From positions 124,001 to 188,000 of the forward strand of contig OW569369.1 in NCBI GenBank assembly GCA_937625935.1: a stretch of 64,000 nt of DNA, in the 5' to 3' direction. Below the pieces are notes generated by a model. That model was given only the letters and a program-made list of their open reading frames with translations. It was not told the origin of the DNA and made no database searches. The DNA is from Tetramitus jugosus (lineage: Eukaryota > Protista > Heterolobosea). This document shows, piece by piece, positions 1 to 11,824 of the stretch (position 1 is its first letter; every line of letters starts with the position of its first letter). The position numbers and the translations under genes were made by a program.

Positions 1-762
1 GCTTTTGATTTGATTGGGGCATTGACTCAACTTGTCAAACACCAAATGATCCTTCTTTGTCATTATGACTTCACAATCAACAAACAAGTGAATATCAGGA
101 TGTTTCAGTACGATCCGATCCATCACATCCATCAAGATATCAATTGAGAAATGCTTTGTAAATCTTATCTGACGAACTTGTTTCCACAACATTCTATGAT
201 CAAATATACAATATCTGCTCGAAGCTTCATCCAACATAACGTTGCAAAACATTCCAATGACTTTACCGTCGTACAATCGACCGTAGGACTCACTGACTGA
301 CTCATAGGGAATTTCAGACAATCGAACAAAGGGTCCAAACAAAAATATCAATTGTATCACATCACTGGGCAACTCCATAAACGTCAGCTCTCTCTTCTTG
401 TTTCTCTCAATCGCACATGAATCGTCATTCAATGTTTCACTAGTCATGAACGAGGCTTGATTGCTCGGAATCCAATCCATCTCATCCAACACGTAAACTG
501 ATTCTCTACTTGTGCCGCCCGTATAGTCAATATTCATCTGATTGAGTACGGTAGGGCACTGAGCTTCCTCGCTCAACTCTTCATTCGATGTGATCGTTGA
601 TCTCTTTGCAGGAAGTTGGGGAGATGATGAATTGGAAGATGGTGAGCTCGTGTATAACTCTTGTTCTTCTTCTCCGGTTTTCTTTGATGTTTTGCAGCAG
701 TCAAAGCAGTTGGGTCTCATTCTCTTCAGAGATCGATAGCAATACTGAACAGAGTCAACCAT
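1..762 (-). CDS. Partial hypothetical protein with an F-box-like motif; runs off the window's left edge
   Basis: Manual translation from ATG at 762 stays open to position 1 and contains LTFMELPSDVIQLIFLF. It is absent from the ORF track, presumably because there is no stop in the window. Confidence 0.6.
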   Translation of the reverse strand, partial: MVDSVQYCYRSLKRMRPNCFDCCKTSKKTGEEEQELYTSSPSSNSSSPQLPAKRSTITSNEELSEEAQCPTVLNQMNIDYTGGTSRESVYVLDEMDWIPSNQASFMTSETLNDDSCAIERNKKRELTFMELPSDVIQLIFLFGPFVRLSEIPYESVSESYGRLYDGKVIGMFCNVMLDEASSRYCIFDHRMLWKQVRQIRFTKHFSIDILMDVMDRIVLKHPDIHLFVDCEVIMTKKDHLVFDKLSQCPNQIKS

Positions 763-1005
763 GTTATATTCTCCAAATCAATTGTTAACTAGAAGTTGAT
801 CAATAGTAATATTAATAATACCCCAAAGAATGATTGATTCCTTTTGGTCAGGCCCACACATGACAGTGCACAACGAAAACTGGAGTATGATACAATGAGG
901 GCCAAAAATGATCACCAGCACTAAAATATCGATTATTTTGCCCGCTTGTTTCTGTTCATCAAATTTGTTGAACTAGCAAAAAAAGCTTTCACACAGACAC
1001 AAACA

Positions 1006-1599
1006 ATGCAAAAAATGAAGGCGAATAAAGACGTGAATCAAAAGAAGGAGACGACTGCCCAACCTGAGGATGAAAGAGAGGCAATCGATATGAGCGATGT
1101 CCGGAAACAACAAAACAAGGAGGAAGAAGAAGCCAACTTTCGAATTTCTCAATTCATGGATTTTACGAATGATACAATCGATGAAAATGATGACGAAGCA
1201 GCGGCTACTACAACAATGGACACTGAAGAAGACAGCAACCTGACATTTGAAGAAAGAATTGCAAAGCACGAGCGATTATTATCATTTGCTTTTCCATTGA
1301 GTGCACATCATTTCTTGGAACAAGTGGATGACATGAAACTAAGTAAGAAGAGCATGCCAACAGAAACAGAAATCAATGACTATCTTGTAAATCCGAGTAG
1401 GGGTTATGGAATACGAGGACACATGTTCTATACGACACAACAAGCAACACTCAAAGGACAGAGAGAACGTACGCAATTGAAGAATCAGCTAAAGCTCAAG
1501 GGATACATGAATGCAGCCAAAAAGTTGTCAAAGGAGAAAAACCTGGACGCTGCTAGTGCCTTTGAGAAAAGAAAGAAGCTAATGAAGAGGAGACGATAA
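1006..1599 (+). CDS. Hypothetical charged protein with a basic C-terminus (possibly nuclear/nucleolar)
   Basis: ORF 946..1599, first ATG at 1006; acidic middle and KRKKLMKRRR tail. Confidence 0.6.
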   Translation: MQKMKANKDVNQKKETTAQPEDEREAIDMSDVRKQQNKEEEEANFRISQFMDFTNDTIDENDDEAAATTTMDTEEDSNLTFEERIAKHERLLSFAFPLSAHHFLEQVDDMKLSKKSMPTETEINDYLVNPSRGYGIRGHMFYTTQQATLKGQRERTQLKNQLKLKGYMNAAKKLSKEKNLDAASAFEKRKKLMKRRR

Positions 1600-2066
1600 A
1601 AAAATTTCCATGTGACTCTCTGTCGTGTTTTCTTTCTTTTTCTCGCGAAAACTGTTTTTGATTACTCCTCTCATTTTTAGGCGCGTATTTCCTTCAAGTT
1701 TCTGATCTGTCATGACACATCGAATCTTTTTTCTGGAGGGAGATTAGTTACAACGGACAAACCAAATTTTGTAAAAATCGAATGCTTGTCAGTCATCAGT
1801 CGTCACTAATCCATGTCAAATATGTGACATGTCAACAAGGTGTGGATCATTGTCGACACAGGAGACAGGCTTGGGAACCATCAAAAACATTCCTTGGTTG
1901 GCGCAATACGATTCACACATTCCCAAACAACAAACAACAACATCAACAACAACAACTGCTGTATCTATATTCTCCCTTGTGTTTAACTCACACAACAACA
2001 ATCACCGAATCCTCCCAAACAAACAACAACAACTATTATTAACAACTACTAAAATTATAACTAAAC

Positions 2067-5000
2067 ATGAGTGAAACAAGAAGAAGAAGAAGACAGGCAG
2101 ATGACTCCGGAGCAACATCCGCACCAAAGTCATCCTCCTCCTCAAAATCCGCCGCAGCAGCAGATGCATCCAACGTTGACACTGTCGATGAGAACATCAA
2201 GGTCGATTCCAATCTGTTTGTTCCAGACAAGGAACACGAATATGTCAATGCTCGTGTCATCTCCATGTCAGGCAACAAGGTTACTGTCGTCTTTGATGAA
2301 ACAAATGAAACAGCCGATTTCGATTTGAAGGATGTATATTTAAGGAACCCAAAGGCACTGCACGCCACTGATGATATGGCAAGATTGTCTCACTTGAGTG
2401 AACCTGCTGTGTTGGAGAATTTGAGACAGAGATATGACTTGAACAAGATTTATACTTATTCTGGTCTGTTTTTGGTGGCTGTCAATCCGTACAAGATGCT
2501 CCCCATCTACACCAATGAAGTCATCAAGAAGCACACGGGTAAGAGAAGAAACGATGTTGAGCCTCACGTGTACACCGTTGCCGATGTTGCCTATCGTCAA
2601 ATGTTGACCAACCAGATCAATCAATCCATGTTGGTCACTGGTGAGTCCGGTGCCGGTAAGACTGAAAACACAAAGAGAGTCATCCAGTACTTGACTGCCA
2701 TTGCCGGTGCACAGAGCGGTGGAGGTAAGCTTGAACAACAATTGTTGCAAACGAATCCATTGTTGGAAGCGTTCGGTAATGCAAAGACCTTGAGAAACAA
2801 CAACAGTTCTCGTTTCGGTAAGTTTATCGATATTGCGTTCAATGCCAGCGGATTCATTGCCGGTACCAAGATTGAGCACTACTTGTTGGAAACATCCAGA
2901 GTTGTCTTCCAAGCTGACGGTGAAAGAAATTTCCACTTCTTCTATCAAATGTGCAAGAACAATGAGGCCAGAAACAAGTATGGTCTCAAGGACGTTTCTC
3001 AATACTCGTACTTGAAGGCCGAGAGCGCTGTCGTACAGGGTATGGACGACGCTGCCGAATACGCTGAAACATTGAAGAGTGCCAGAATCATTGGTTTCTC
3101 CGAGGAGGAGATTGATAACATTCAGAGAGCTTCTGCTGCCATTTTGCACCTCGGTAACGTTGTGTTCAATCCGGATGATGAAACTGAGGGATCATTGGTC
3201 GCCAACCATGAACCAACTCAAATTGCTTCTCGATTGTTGGGTGTGGATCAAACTGCTTTGGAAAGAGCATTTACCAACCCAATGTACAAGTCTGGAAAGG
3301 ACTTGATCCAAACCAATGCTACACCTGAACAGGCCAGCAACAACAGACACTCATTGGTCAAGAGTTTGTACTTGAGATTGTTCGATTGGATCGTTTCAAG
3401 AATCAACCAGAACCTCGTGTCCAAGGAAGCAATCAAGAACTCTATCGGTGTTCTGGATATTGCCGGTTTCGAAATCTTTGACTACAACTCTTTTGAACAA
3501 CTCTGCATCAATTTCACCAATGAAAAGTTGCAACAATTCTTCAACAATCACATGTTCAAGAAGGAACAAGAGGAGTACATGAAGGAAAAGATCAACTGGG
3601 TGTTCGAGGACTTTGGTCTCGACTTGCAACCAACTATTGACTTGATTGAGAAGAAGGGTGGTATTTTGGACATTTTGGACAACAATACCTTCATGTCTGC
3701 TTCATCTGACAATGGATTCGCATTGGCTGTCATCAAGGCTCACGAAACTAAGTCCGTGTTCGGCAAGGACAGATTCGATGCCACCAAGTTCAGCGTTAAG
3801 CATTATGCTGGTACTGTACCATACAACACTGAGAACTGGTTGAGCAAGAACGTTGATCCATTGAACGACGACTGTAAGAAGGTCATGAACGCATCTACCA
3901 TTGATTACTTTAGAGCATTGTTCCCAATTGACTCATCTGAGGCTGCAAGAGGCTCTGGTGCCAGATTCAACACTGTTGGTGGTCAACACAGAGAACAATT
4001 GACTGTTTTGATGAATGTCTTGAAGGCAACTGAGCCTCACTTCATCAGATGTATCAAGCCTAACGAATTGCAAAAGCCTGGCATCATTCAAAACAGACCA
4101 GTTTTGGAACAATTGAAGTGCAATGGTGTGTTGGAAGGTATTAGAATCTCCAGAAAGGGTTATCCAGGTAGAATCAAGTATGCTGATTTCTTGAGAAGAT
4201 ATGGCTTGTTGGCTGATAAGACCAAGTTGGCAGAGACTGTTGATCCAAAGGCCAAGTGCAAGTTGGTCACTGCTATCTGCAACATGAACGAAGGATCCGA
4301 TTACCAATTGGGTCAAACCAAGGTGTTCTTAAGAGCTGGTCAAGAAGCTCGCTTGGAAGAAGCAAGAGAAGCCAGATTGGAAACTGTCATGATTGTCGCT
4401 CAAGCTGCATGCAAGGGTGGTTATGAGAGAAAGAGATTGGGCAACATGTTGAAGAAGATCAACTCTGCCAAGCTCCTCCAAAGAAACTACCGTGCCTATC
4501 AACAATTGAAGGACTGGAACTGGTTCCAACTCTTCCAGAGAGCTCGTCCATTGGTTGCTCAAATGAAGAAGGACAACGCCAAGTTGTCCGAGTTGCAAGA
4601 TGAAATCGAAGACTTAAAGGAAGACGTCGAGCACGAGTTGGCTGTTCTTGCTGAGAAGAACAAGGCAAGAGATGCAGTTCAATCTCAAATCGATGGCTTG
4701 AAGAAGTTGTTGCAAGAGAACGCTTCCAAGTACTCCAACATTCAAAAGGATATTGAAGGTTTGCAAGCTGACTTGAAGAAGAAGGAATCTGAATTGCAAT
4801 TCATCCTCGGTGAGAAGCAATCCAAGGACAGTGAGTTGCAACACTACAACTTGCAATTGGACGGTATCAGAAAGCAAATCATTGAGAAGGAGAGAGAAGC
4901 TGAAGATATGGAAGAGCAAATCAAGGACAACCAACAAGCTATCAAGTTGATGGGATCTGATGAAGACACCAAGAACAATGAAATCTTCAGAGCCAAGCAA

Positions 5001-7856
5001 CAAATCAAGGAACTCGAAGATGAGATCAAGAACTTGAAGCAAGACATTGAGAAGGAGCACTCTGAACAACAAAACGTCAAGCAAGTTCAACGTAACTTGG
5101 AAGACAGATTGAGAGACACTCAAGCCAAGTTGGAGACTGAAGCTAAGGCTAGAAAGGACAAGGAAGACAAATTGAGAGATTTGTTGAGTACTATCAAGCA
5201 AGCTCAAAGCGAGTTGAATGCTGAGAAGACCAAGGGATTGAACTTGGACTCTGAAATTGGCAGAGCTACCGCTGAGAAGGAAGCCTCTGAAGAAGAATTG
5301 GCTGAAAAGTCCAAGTTGTTCGATGAGTTGAGCAGACAAAAGAAGCAAATTGATGCTCAAATTGCTGACTTGAGCAGAAGATACGAAGAAGAAGTCAGAA
5401 GCAGACAAGGAGCTGAAACCAAGAACAGACACTTGCAAGGCGAAATCGCTGAAGCCAAGATGCAAATCGATGGCTTGTTGGAGACTCAATCTTCCCTCGA
5501 AGATGAAATTGCTTCCTTGAGATCTGAAATCGAAGAATTGAAGCAAAAGATTCACGATCTCGAAGATGACATTGAAGAGATCGAAGAGAAGAACTCTGAT
5601 ATCGAAAAGCAATTGCAAGACATCAAGTTCAACTTGGAAGCTGAAGTCAAGAGAACCAAGGAAGATTTGGAGAGAATCAACAAGAGACACGAAGATGCTG
5701 TTCGTGACTTCACCGACCAATTGGAACAATTGGCACAAGGTACTGACCAAGTCGACAAGAAGTACAGAAAGGCCGATGGTGACTACAAGAAGCTCAAGCG
5801 TCAATATGAGGATGCTCAAAGAGCAAAGGAAGAAGCTGAGCAAAAGGTTGCCAAGCTTGAAAACGACGTTCACAGCGGTGGTTCCGACATCGACTCCTTG
5901 AGAAGAGAGAGCGAAAAGTTGGAAGCTCAAAAGCGTGAGGTCGAAAGTATCAAGAAGGACTTGGAAATGTTGTTGTCCTCTGAGAAGGAAGAACTCTCTC
6001 GTCAAAACTTGAAGAAGTCTCAATTGAAGAGAGAAGTTGATGACTTGAAGGAGAGAGCTGACCATTTGGATGAAGAGAAGCAAACATTGGAGGAATTGAA
6101 GTCCAAGGATGAATCCATTGTCAATGATTTGCAAACTTCTGTCACTGCTGAACGTGATACCAACAACAAGAGCAAGAGTGAGCTTGGTTATGCTCGAAAG
6201 GCATTGGATGAGTTGCAAAGCAAGTACAACCAATTGTTGGACGAGAAGACTAGAGTTGAATCTGGAATCAGAGGAAACGACTCTCAATTGTCAGACATTG
6301 CTGCCAGTCTCGAAGCCGAGAAGAATGCCAAAGCCAATCTTGAGAAGAAGAAGAAGGCTTTGGAGTCTGATATGAAGAAGTTGAAGGACGAACTCGCTTC
6401 TACTCAAAGCAAGATTAGAGATGAGACCAATGGAGCTCAAAACATTGAGCAACAATTGAGAGAGTCCGAAGTTGCTTTGTCTACTCAAAGAAGCGGCAAC
6501 AACGATATCAACAGAGCGCTCAAGAATGTTCAGACTGAAATGGCTGCTGTTCTTGAAAAGTTGAGAGAATCTGAGGCTGCTTACAAGAAGTTGAAGGAGG
6601 AGAAGGGTGGCTTGAAGAAGTCCGCCGATGGTTTGGGTGAGCAAAAGGAAGAGTTGAACGAACAGATCCAATCTGTCAACTCTCAACTTCAACAATTGAA
6701 GAGCAAGTTGGCTCAACAACAAACCAAGACTCAACAAGAATCTGGTTTGAAGAGTCAATTGGAGGCTGAGAACAACAGAATTCACTCTGAGATCTCCAGA
6801 TCAAAGGACGAGAAGTCTTCTGAGAACACTCAATTGAAGTCTTTGATGGAACAGTTGAAGTCTCAATTGCAATCCTTTGACAACGACAGCTCTCGTGAAA
6901 TCAAACAATTGCAAGATGAGAAGAATGCCATCAAGAAGGAACTCAAGCAAATCCAAAAGGAGTTGGCCAACAAGCCTGCTGATGGTCTTGACACTCAGGC
7001 CTATGACAACTTGAAGAGAGAATTCGAGTTGGAGTTGGCCAAGTTGAAGGCTAAGCTCGATGAGGAACTCACTGCAAGAAACAATGCAGAGGCCAGAAAG
7101 AGAGCCATTGAGTATCAAATCGGTGAAACAAGAGACTTGTTGAACAATGAAGAGAGATTGAGAAAGAAGACTGAGACTCAAAAGAGAGCTTTGGCTTTGG
7201 AGGCTGATGAATTGAGAGAGTTGGCTGAAGAAGCTGAGGACTTGAGAGAGGAGATCAACAACTTGAGAGGTGATCAAGAAGGTCAAGTCAGCAGCCTAAA
7301 GGGTGAATTGGAAACTGAGAGACAACTCAGAATGCAAGCTGACGAGATTGATCAAAGAATCAAGCGCGAGTCTGAATCATTGAAACTCGAGCTCGAGCAA
7401 GAGAAGTCCAAGTTGGTTGACAATCAGAGAAGAATTGAACAACAATACGAATCTGAGATTGCTGAGTTGAACCAATTGCTCAACAAGGCAAAGAGAGACA
7501 GAACTAACACCTCTGCTTCATCCAAGAAGATGGACCGAGATGTGAGAGAGTTGAACAGAAGAGTTCAACAAGAGTCTGTCGAAAAGTCTGAGGCTCTGCA
7601 AAAGTTGTCTCAAGCTGAACGTGACTTCAAGTTGCTCAAGAACAAGTATGACCAAGATACCTTCGATATTGAGAAGGCTGAACAAGACAAGGCTAGAATT
7701 GAACAAAATGTTACACGAGAACAAGAAAGAATTGCTGACTTGGAGGATGAGTTGGCAAAGCTCAGAATTCAGATCGCTAACGAACGTAAGAGATCATCTC
7801 AAATGAAGAGAAAGATGTCTTCAATGAGAGGTGGTGACTCTGACGATGAGTACTAA
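2067..7856 (+). CDS. Myosin II heavy chain
   Basis: SH3-like N-terminus, GESGAGKT P-loop, LEAFGNAKT..NNNSSRFGK, DIAGFE, FIRCIKPN, QLKCNGVLEGIRI, IQ region and a ~1100-aa coiled-coil tail. Confidence 0.97.
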   Translation: MSETRRRRRQADDSGATSAPKSSSSSKSAAAADASNVDTVDENIKVDSNLFVPDKEHEYVNARVISMSGNKVTVVFDETNETADFDLKDVYLRNPKALHATDDMARLSHLSEPAVLENLRQRYDLNKIYTYSGLFLVAVNPYKMLPIYTNEVIKKHTGKRRNDVEPHVYTVADVAYRQMLTNQINQSMLVTGESGAGKTENTKRVIQYLTAIAGAQSGGGKLEQQLLQTNPLLEAFGNAKTLRNNNSSRFGKFIDIAFNASGFIAGTKIEHYLLETSRVVFQADGERNFHFFYQMCKNNEARNKYGLKDVSQYSYLKAESAVVQGMDDAAEYAETLKSARIIGFSEEEIDNIQRASAAILHLGNVVFNPDDETEGSLVANHEPTQIASRLLGVDQTALERAFTNPMYKSGKDLIQTNATPEQASNNRHSLVKSLYLRLFDWIVSRINQNLVSKEAIKNSIGVLDIAGFEIFDYNSFEQLCINFTNEKLQQFFNNHMFKKEQEEYMKEKINWVFEDFGLDLQPTIDLIEKKGGILDILDNNTFMSASSDNGFALAVIKAHETKSVFGKDRFDATKFSVKHYAGTVPYNTENWLSKNVDPLNDDCKKVMNASTIDYFRALFPIDSSEAARGSGARFNTVGGQHREQLTVLMNVLKATEPHFIRCIKPNELQKPGIIQNRPVLEQLKCNGVLEGIRISRKGYPGRIKYADFLRRYGLLADKTKLAETVDPKAKCKLVTAICNMNEGSDYQLGQTKVFLRAGQEARLEEAREARLETVMIVAQAACKGGYERKRLGNMLKKINSAKLLQRNYRAYQQLKDWNWFQLFQRARPLVAQMKKDNAKLSELQDEIEDLKEDVEHELAVLAEKNKARDAVQSQIDGLKKLLQENASKYSNIQKDIEGLQADLKKKESELQFILGEKQSKDSELQHYNLQLDGIRKQIIEKEREAEDMEEQIKDNQQAIKLMGSDEDTKNNEIFRAKQQIKELEDEIKNLKQDIEKEHSEQQNVKQVQRNLEDRLRDTQAKLETEAKARKDKEDKLRDLLSTIKQAQSELNAEKTKGLNLDSEIGRATAEKEASEEELAEKSKLFDELSRQKKQIDAQIADLSRRYEEEVRSRQGAETKNRHLQGEIAEAKMQIDGLLETQSSLEDEIASLRSEIEELKQKIHDLEDDIEEIEEKNSDIEKQLQDIKFNLEAEVKRTKEDLERINKRHEDAVRDFTDQLEQLAQGTDQVDKKYRKADGDYKKLKRQYEDAQRAKEEAEQKVAKLENDVHSGGSDIDSLRRESEKLEAQKREVESIKKDLEMLLSSEKEELSRQNLKKSQLKREVDDLKERADHLDEEKQTLEELKSKDESIVNDLQTSVTAERDTNNKSKSELGYARKALDELQSKYNQLLDEKTRVESGIRGNDSQLSDIAASLEAEKNAKANLEKKKKALESDMKKLKDELASTQSKIRDETNGAQNIEQQLRESEVALSTQRSGNNDINRALKNVQTEMAAVLEKLRESEAAYKKLKEEKGGLKKSADGLGEQKEELNEQIQSVNSQLQQLKSKLAQQQTKTQQESGLKSQLEAENNRIHSEISRSKDEKSSENTQLKSLMEQLKSQLQSFDNDSSREIKQLQDEKNAIKKELKQIQKELANKPADGLDTQAYDNLKREFELELAKLKAKLDEELTARNNAEARKRAIEYQIGETRDLLNNEERLRKKTETQKRALALEADELRELAEEAEDLREEINNLRGDQEGQVSSLKGELETERQLRMQADEIDQRIKRESESLKLELEQEKSKLVDNQRRIEQQYESEIAELNQLLNKAKRDRTNTSASSKKMDRDVRELNRRVQQESVEKSEALQKLSQAERDFKLLKNKYDQDTFDIEKAEQDKARIEQNVTREQERIADLEDELAKLRIQIANERKRSSQMKRKMSSMRGGDSDDEY

Positions 7857-7908
7857 ATCAAAAACCAAATACTAATAGTTGTATAAAATAGAATAAATCA
7901 GTTGTTAA

Positions 7909-9313
7909 TTAATCTATGGAAGCATATTTTCTCATCGCTCTTCTGAACATGTCCAATGTTATCCCTTCAAAGTCCGAGTCCAGTCTGTCTCTTTGCTTCA
8001 CAAATTCAATTTCTGAGGCAAAATCTTCGATGGCCAAGTTGTAAATGTGATCAAAGTCAGAATCATCGTCAAGAGCCCCACTCGTTAAAATCAAATCTTT
8101 CATCAACTCTTTGTCAATAACTGAATCAAAATCATCTTCATTTAATCCCTTGTAAATGAATCTGTTGGGATACAAACTGGCATTTGCGGCCGGGTCTTTG
8201 CCGTAGTTTTGAGGGTCTGCAATCGATTTGACCTTTGGGGCCTTAATGTCGTATCTGATTGTTGGAACTCCAAACACCCTGTCATTTGATATTCGATTTC
8301 TGTATCCATAGTGAAGAGATTGCCCTAGATCTGGATCTGGGGCTTGCTCCTCCGCGGAATAGTCTCCCTTTATGCATTCAAGAGCTCCCCATTCATCACC
8401 TGGAGTCTTCTTGCCAAAAACATAATTTTCATCAAATTCTGCATCACCAGACTTCTTGATTCTACCCACAGGATCACGTGAAGTCTCAATAAATCGACTC
8501 TGCAGTTCTGAAACAATCGCTGGTTCATTGTTAAAGTTTGATTTCTTATCCAATTGATTAGGGTGAATGCACTTTGCTGCTCCATTCTGCTCTTCTGCTC
8601 TGAACAAACCAAATCGATGTTCTGCAGGATCGGGTATCTTTGTGTTTTCCCAGTCATAATTTCTCTTCATCTGCTCACCAGCATCGTATCCTTTATGAGT
8701 TTTAATGTACAATTGCCTCGCTTCTTCATCATTGTGATGAACATCTTTCGGGAAGAGTAATTCCTTGGCTGTAATATCCATGTTAGATTTCACTCCAAAA
8801 CGGTAGCTTGCGTCCTTTGTATACTGAGGTAGTTGATATCCAACAGAGGAGGATTTACTAAGAGGTTCCTTCTTGGCTGAACGATAGATGGATTCATTTT
8901 TGCTTCTCAGGTAATCCAACAACGGATTGGATTCATCTGGATTGACCACATCTCGTGCTCTTTCACTCCTATCAGTTCTCTTGCCAAATCTATCGTCAGG
9001 GTATTGGTCTTCAGTGTACCCAAAATGCCTAGACGCAGCTCCAGGTTGATGCAATGAGTTTCGGTACCTCTTGACCTCCTTTGGAGTCTCGGGTAGTAGG
9101 TCATAAATGTCCGTGCGAATCGTTTTGGCTACACTGTGGTCATCTTTAGCCGTGCTGATTCCATACTATGTTTGTTCATTCAAGGAATAAGAAGGATATC
9201 ATTGTTAGACGTTAGAAAATACAGAGCTTCATCCCTAGCCGTAGATTAGAGTTCTTAGCTTAGACACATACCCTCTTGATATGTCTGTAGTTGTCCCTCG
9301 GTTGCGCGCTCAT
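7909..9313 (-). CDS. EFHB: EFHB/CFAP21-like flagellar protein; 2 exons (9313-9272, 9165-7909)
   Basis: KEPL..S, AGEQ..RNYDW and FGVPTIRYDI..P...SIADPQNYG motifs; an in-frame GTATGT...CATAG intron at 9271-9166. Confidence 0.8.
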
Positions 9314-9563
9314 GACTGTTTTTTTTATCCGTACGGAAGCGGCTATAATTTTGGCGGGAAGCGTCACCAATCACAGACTCCTCACGAATCGGGGTAAGTC
9401 CACACATAAAAAAAGTCTCCTTGCGACGGAAAAGTCAGAAAAATTGGCACCCACCTCCTCACTCGAGATCTCAAGTGACAGACAGGAGTTCACAAAACGC
9501 TTCTTTGTTTTCAGACAAAATAAAACAACAACAAAACGAACATACAGACACAGAATAAACCAT

Positions 9564-10583
9564 ATGCTCCTCATACCGTTCATTGCTTTGTTGTTGGTCG
9601 CCATTTCTCTGACATTGCTCTACTATCATGTGATTCATGTGAGAAGTGAGAGGTGGAAGCTGCGTGATCACATTCTGACTCTTGATCCTCGCAAGAACCA
9701 CTCAGAGATTATCAACTGGATATACTATACAGAGTTCCCATTCTTGGCTCACAAGGCCCTTGAATTTGCATTCTTCAGGACTTATGGTATCCCATCTGTT
9801 TCTAAACTGTTGGACAAGACTGGTGGTTTCGCTCCGGAGAAGATTGGAAAGCGATATGATGACACAGAGTTGTTGATGAGAGAGATGATGGAGCAAGGTG
9901 GTGCGAGTGCACGTGCTGATATTGCCATTCAGAGAATGAATTTCATTCATAGTCAATATCGGATTGACAATGTTGACTTCATCTATGTTTGGGCACTGTT
10001 TGTGGTGGAGTCTGTTCGATGGATTGATCGATTCGAGTACAGAAAGACAACAGATGTGGAGAAGCAGGCCTTCTACTATCACTGGGTTGAAATTGGTCAC
10101 AAAATGGGTATCAAAGACCTTCCAAAGAGCTTTGAGGACACTATGAACTACATGGAGCACTTTGAGAAGAAGCACATGGTCTATCAGCCTTCTAATCATC
10201 GAATTGCTGATCACACTGTGAATCTCTTCCTATCTGCTGTTCCATTTCATTCACTCAAGCAACTCGGTCGAATTGCAATCTATTCAATGCTGGACGAACG
10301 ATTATCCAAGTCGTTGGGTTATCCTGTGTGGCCAAGAAGGATACTGGGCGCTCTGACAGATTCTGTTCTGTTGCTTCGAGGTCAATTTATACGATACTTT
10401 ATGCTCCCAAGAAAAACTCCATTGTATCGTTTAGGAACGATCGATGAATCCACAGGTATTCGACAACTGAACTATCATTTATATGATGTTGTGTATCCGA
10501 ATGGTTATGATCTCAAGGGATTAGGTCCAGTGGGATGTCCTTATGGAAAACTAGCGTCCAGTGGCTCGAAATTACAAAAGTAA
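9564..10583 (+). CDS. ER-bound oxygenase MpaB/DUF2236-family protein
   Basis: N-terminal TM helix, FFRTYGIPSVSKLL, KRYDDT, RMNFIHSQY, W..IG.KMGI. Confidence 0.85.
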   Translation: MLLIPFIALLLVAISLTLLYYHVIHVRSERWKLRDHILTLDPRKNHSEIINWIYYTEFPFLAHKALEFAFFRTYGIPSVSKLLDKTGGFAPEKIGKRYDDTELLMREMMEQGGASARADIAIQRMNFIHSQYRIDNVDFIYVWALFVVESVRWIDRFEYRKTTDVEKQAFYYHWVEIGHKMGIKDLPKSFEDTMNYMEHFEKKHMVYQPSNHRIADHTVNLFLSAVPFHSLKQLGRIAIYSMLDERLSKSLGYPVWPRRILGALTDSVLLLRGQFIRYFMLPRKTPLYRLGTIDESTGIRQLNYHLYDVVYPNGYDLKGLGPVGCPYGKLASSGSKLQK

Positions 10584-10644
10584 AAGAGTAAATGTATCAT
10601 TAGTTATTATATCCAGCAATTGTTTGTTTTGTTCGAATGGTTTC

Positions 10645-11457
10645 TCACCAGGAAGCACGAGAGCGATCTAGAGCGAAAAAGGTTGCTTGTGCTAGGGCTT
10701 GTGCATCCTCTCCGAACACCAAGTGAGTTTGACTTAGAATAGAACTCAATTGGTCTCTGGTACATCCCACATTTAGTGCACCTCTCAAATGGGATCCGAG
10801 TTGGGGACTAACATCAGGACCTGATGTCAAAGAACTCACAGCACACAGCTCTCTTAAGCGTAAGGGACACTGGTCAGACCGTGACAGAACTGTTCCATAT
10901 CCATGAGATAACATGTACTGTGCAATAGCAGGATGCAAAACGTTCATCTTATCAAACACTCTTTGGGAACCATAAATTGCATCATACACAACCTTTCCCT
11001 TGTTTCTTCTCGTGTTCTCAGTCTGTTCACCCACAGATTGCAAGTATGATGCTTCGTCTTCATGAATCTCCTTGATCAAATCCTTTATCACTTCATTCTT
11101 GTGATTAATTTCGTGAATGACAGAGAGCGAGTTTATGACTCTAGGGAATCCACTGAACAAATGAGTTTGAACGGCAATGTCCAACGCTTGTCTCAACATT
11201 TCCTTCCTGGTCGCTCTCGGATCTTCAGCGAGTACTGTGCAATCCAAAATGTTTCGAACAAGAAATGTCCAATCTTGATTCACAGAGGCCAGATCACCCT
11301 TGACAATATTCATGCCCAGAAAAGTACACAATCGTTCATGCATTGATATTTCTTCACATGCATCAAAATGACCAACATACGGATGAGAGATCGGCTTGAT
11401 CGTTGGAGAAGCACACTGCTGCAGTAATAACTTTTGTGTGGTCTTGAAAATTTTCAT
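10645..11457 (-). CDS. Carboxymuconolactone decarboxylase/AhpD-like protein
   Basis: LFSGFPRVINSL, YGTVLSR, RELCAVSSL, QLGSHLRGALNVG. Confidence 0.8.
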   Translation of the reverse strand: MKIFKTTQKLLLQQCASPTIKPISHPYVGHFDACEEISMHERLCTFLGMNIVKGDLASVNQDWTFLVRNILDCTVLAEDPRATRKEMLRQALDIAVQTHLFSGFPRVINSLSVIHEINHKNEVIKDLIKEIHEDEASYLQSVGEQTENTRRNKGKVVYDAIYGSQRVFDKMNVLHPAIAQYMLSHGYGTVLSRSDQCPLRLRELCAVSSLTSGPDVSPQLGSHLRGALNVGCTRDQLSSILSQTHLVFGEDAQALAQATFFALDRSRASW

Positions 11458-11824
11458 GTTTTTTTTTTCTGGCTTTGCTGGATTTTCTCTCCAGAGAATG
11501 CAAGTGACAAAACTGCCTGTTTTTTACAACTAGCTACATTGTATTTTTATCCTGCAAAGCTCGACTATTTTTCTCTTCCATGTTTCTTCCCAATGCCCAC
11601 AAGATGCTGTCCCGAACGCACAACAAAACAACTCTGATAGAATGAAATTCCACAAGTTTGTCAAGGCATCTAACCTGAGTAAGGCAATAGCCAGAAACAG
11701 GCAACTCTTTCGACCTCAAGCCCATCGATCTTTTCCCTCAACTCCTCCAACGATCGGAAAAGTGCCAATGGATCACTGGTTCTCCACCAAAAGAAAGCCA
11801 ATCGTATTCTTGTAAATAATGGAT

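Noticed and set aside
4614-7286. Long minus-strand ORFs (557, 164 and 161 aa) opposite myosin
   Set aside because: Antisense shadows of a codon-biased coiled-coil gene
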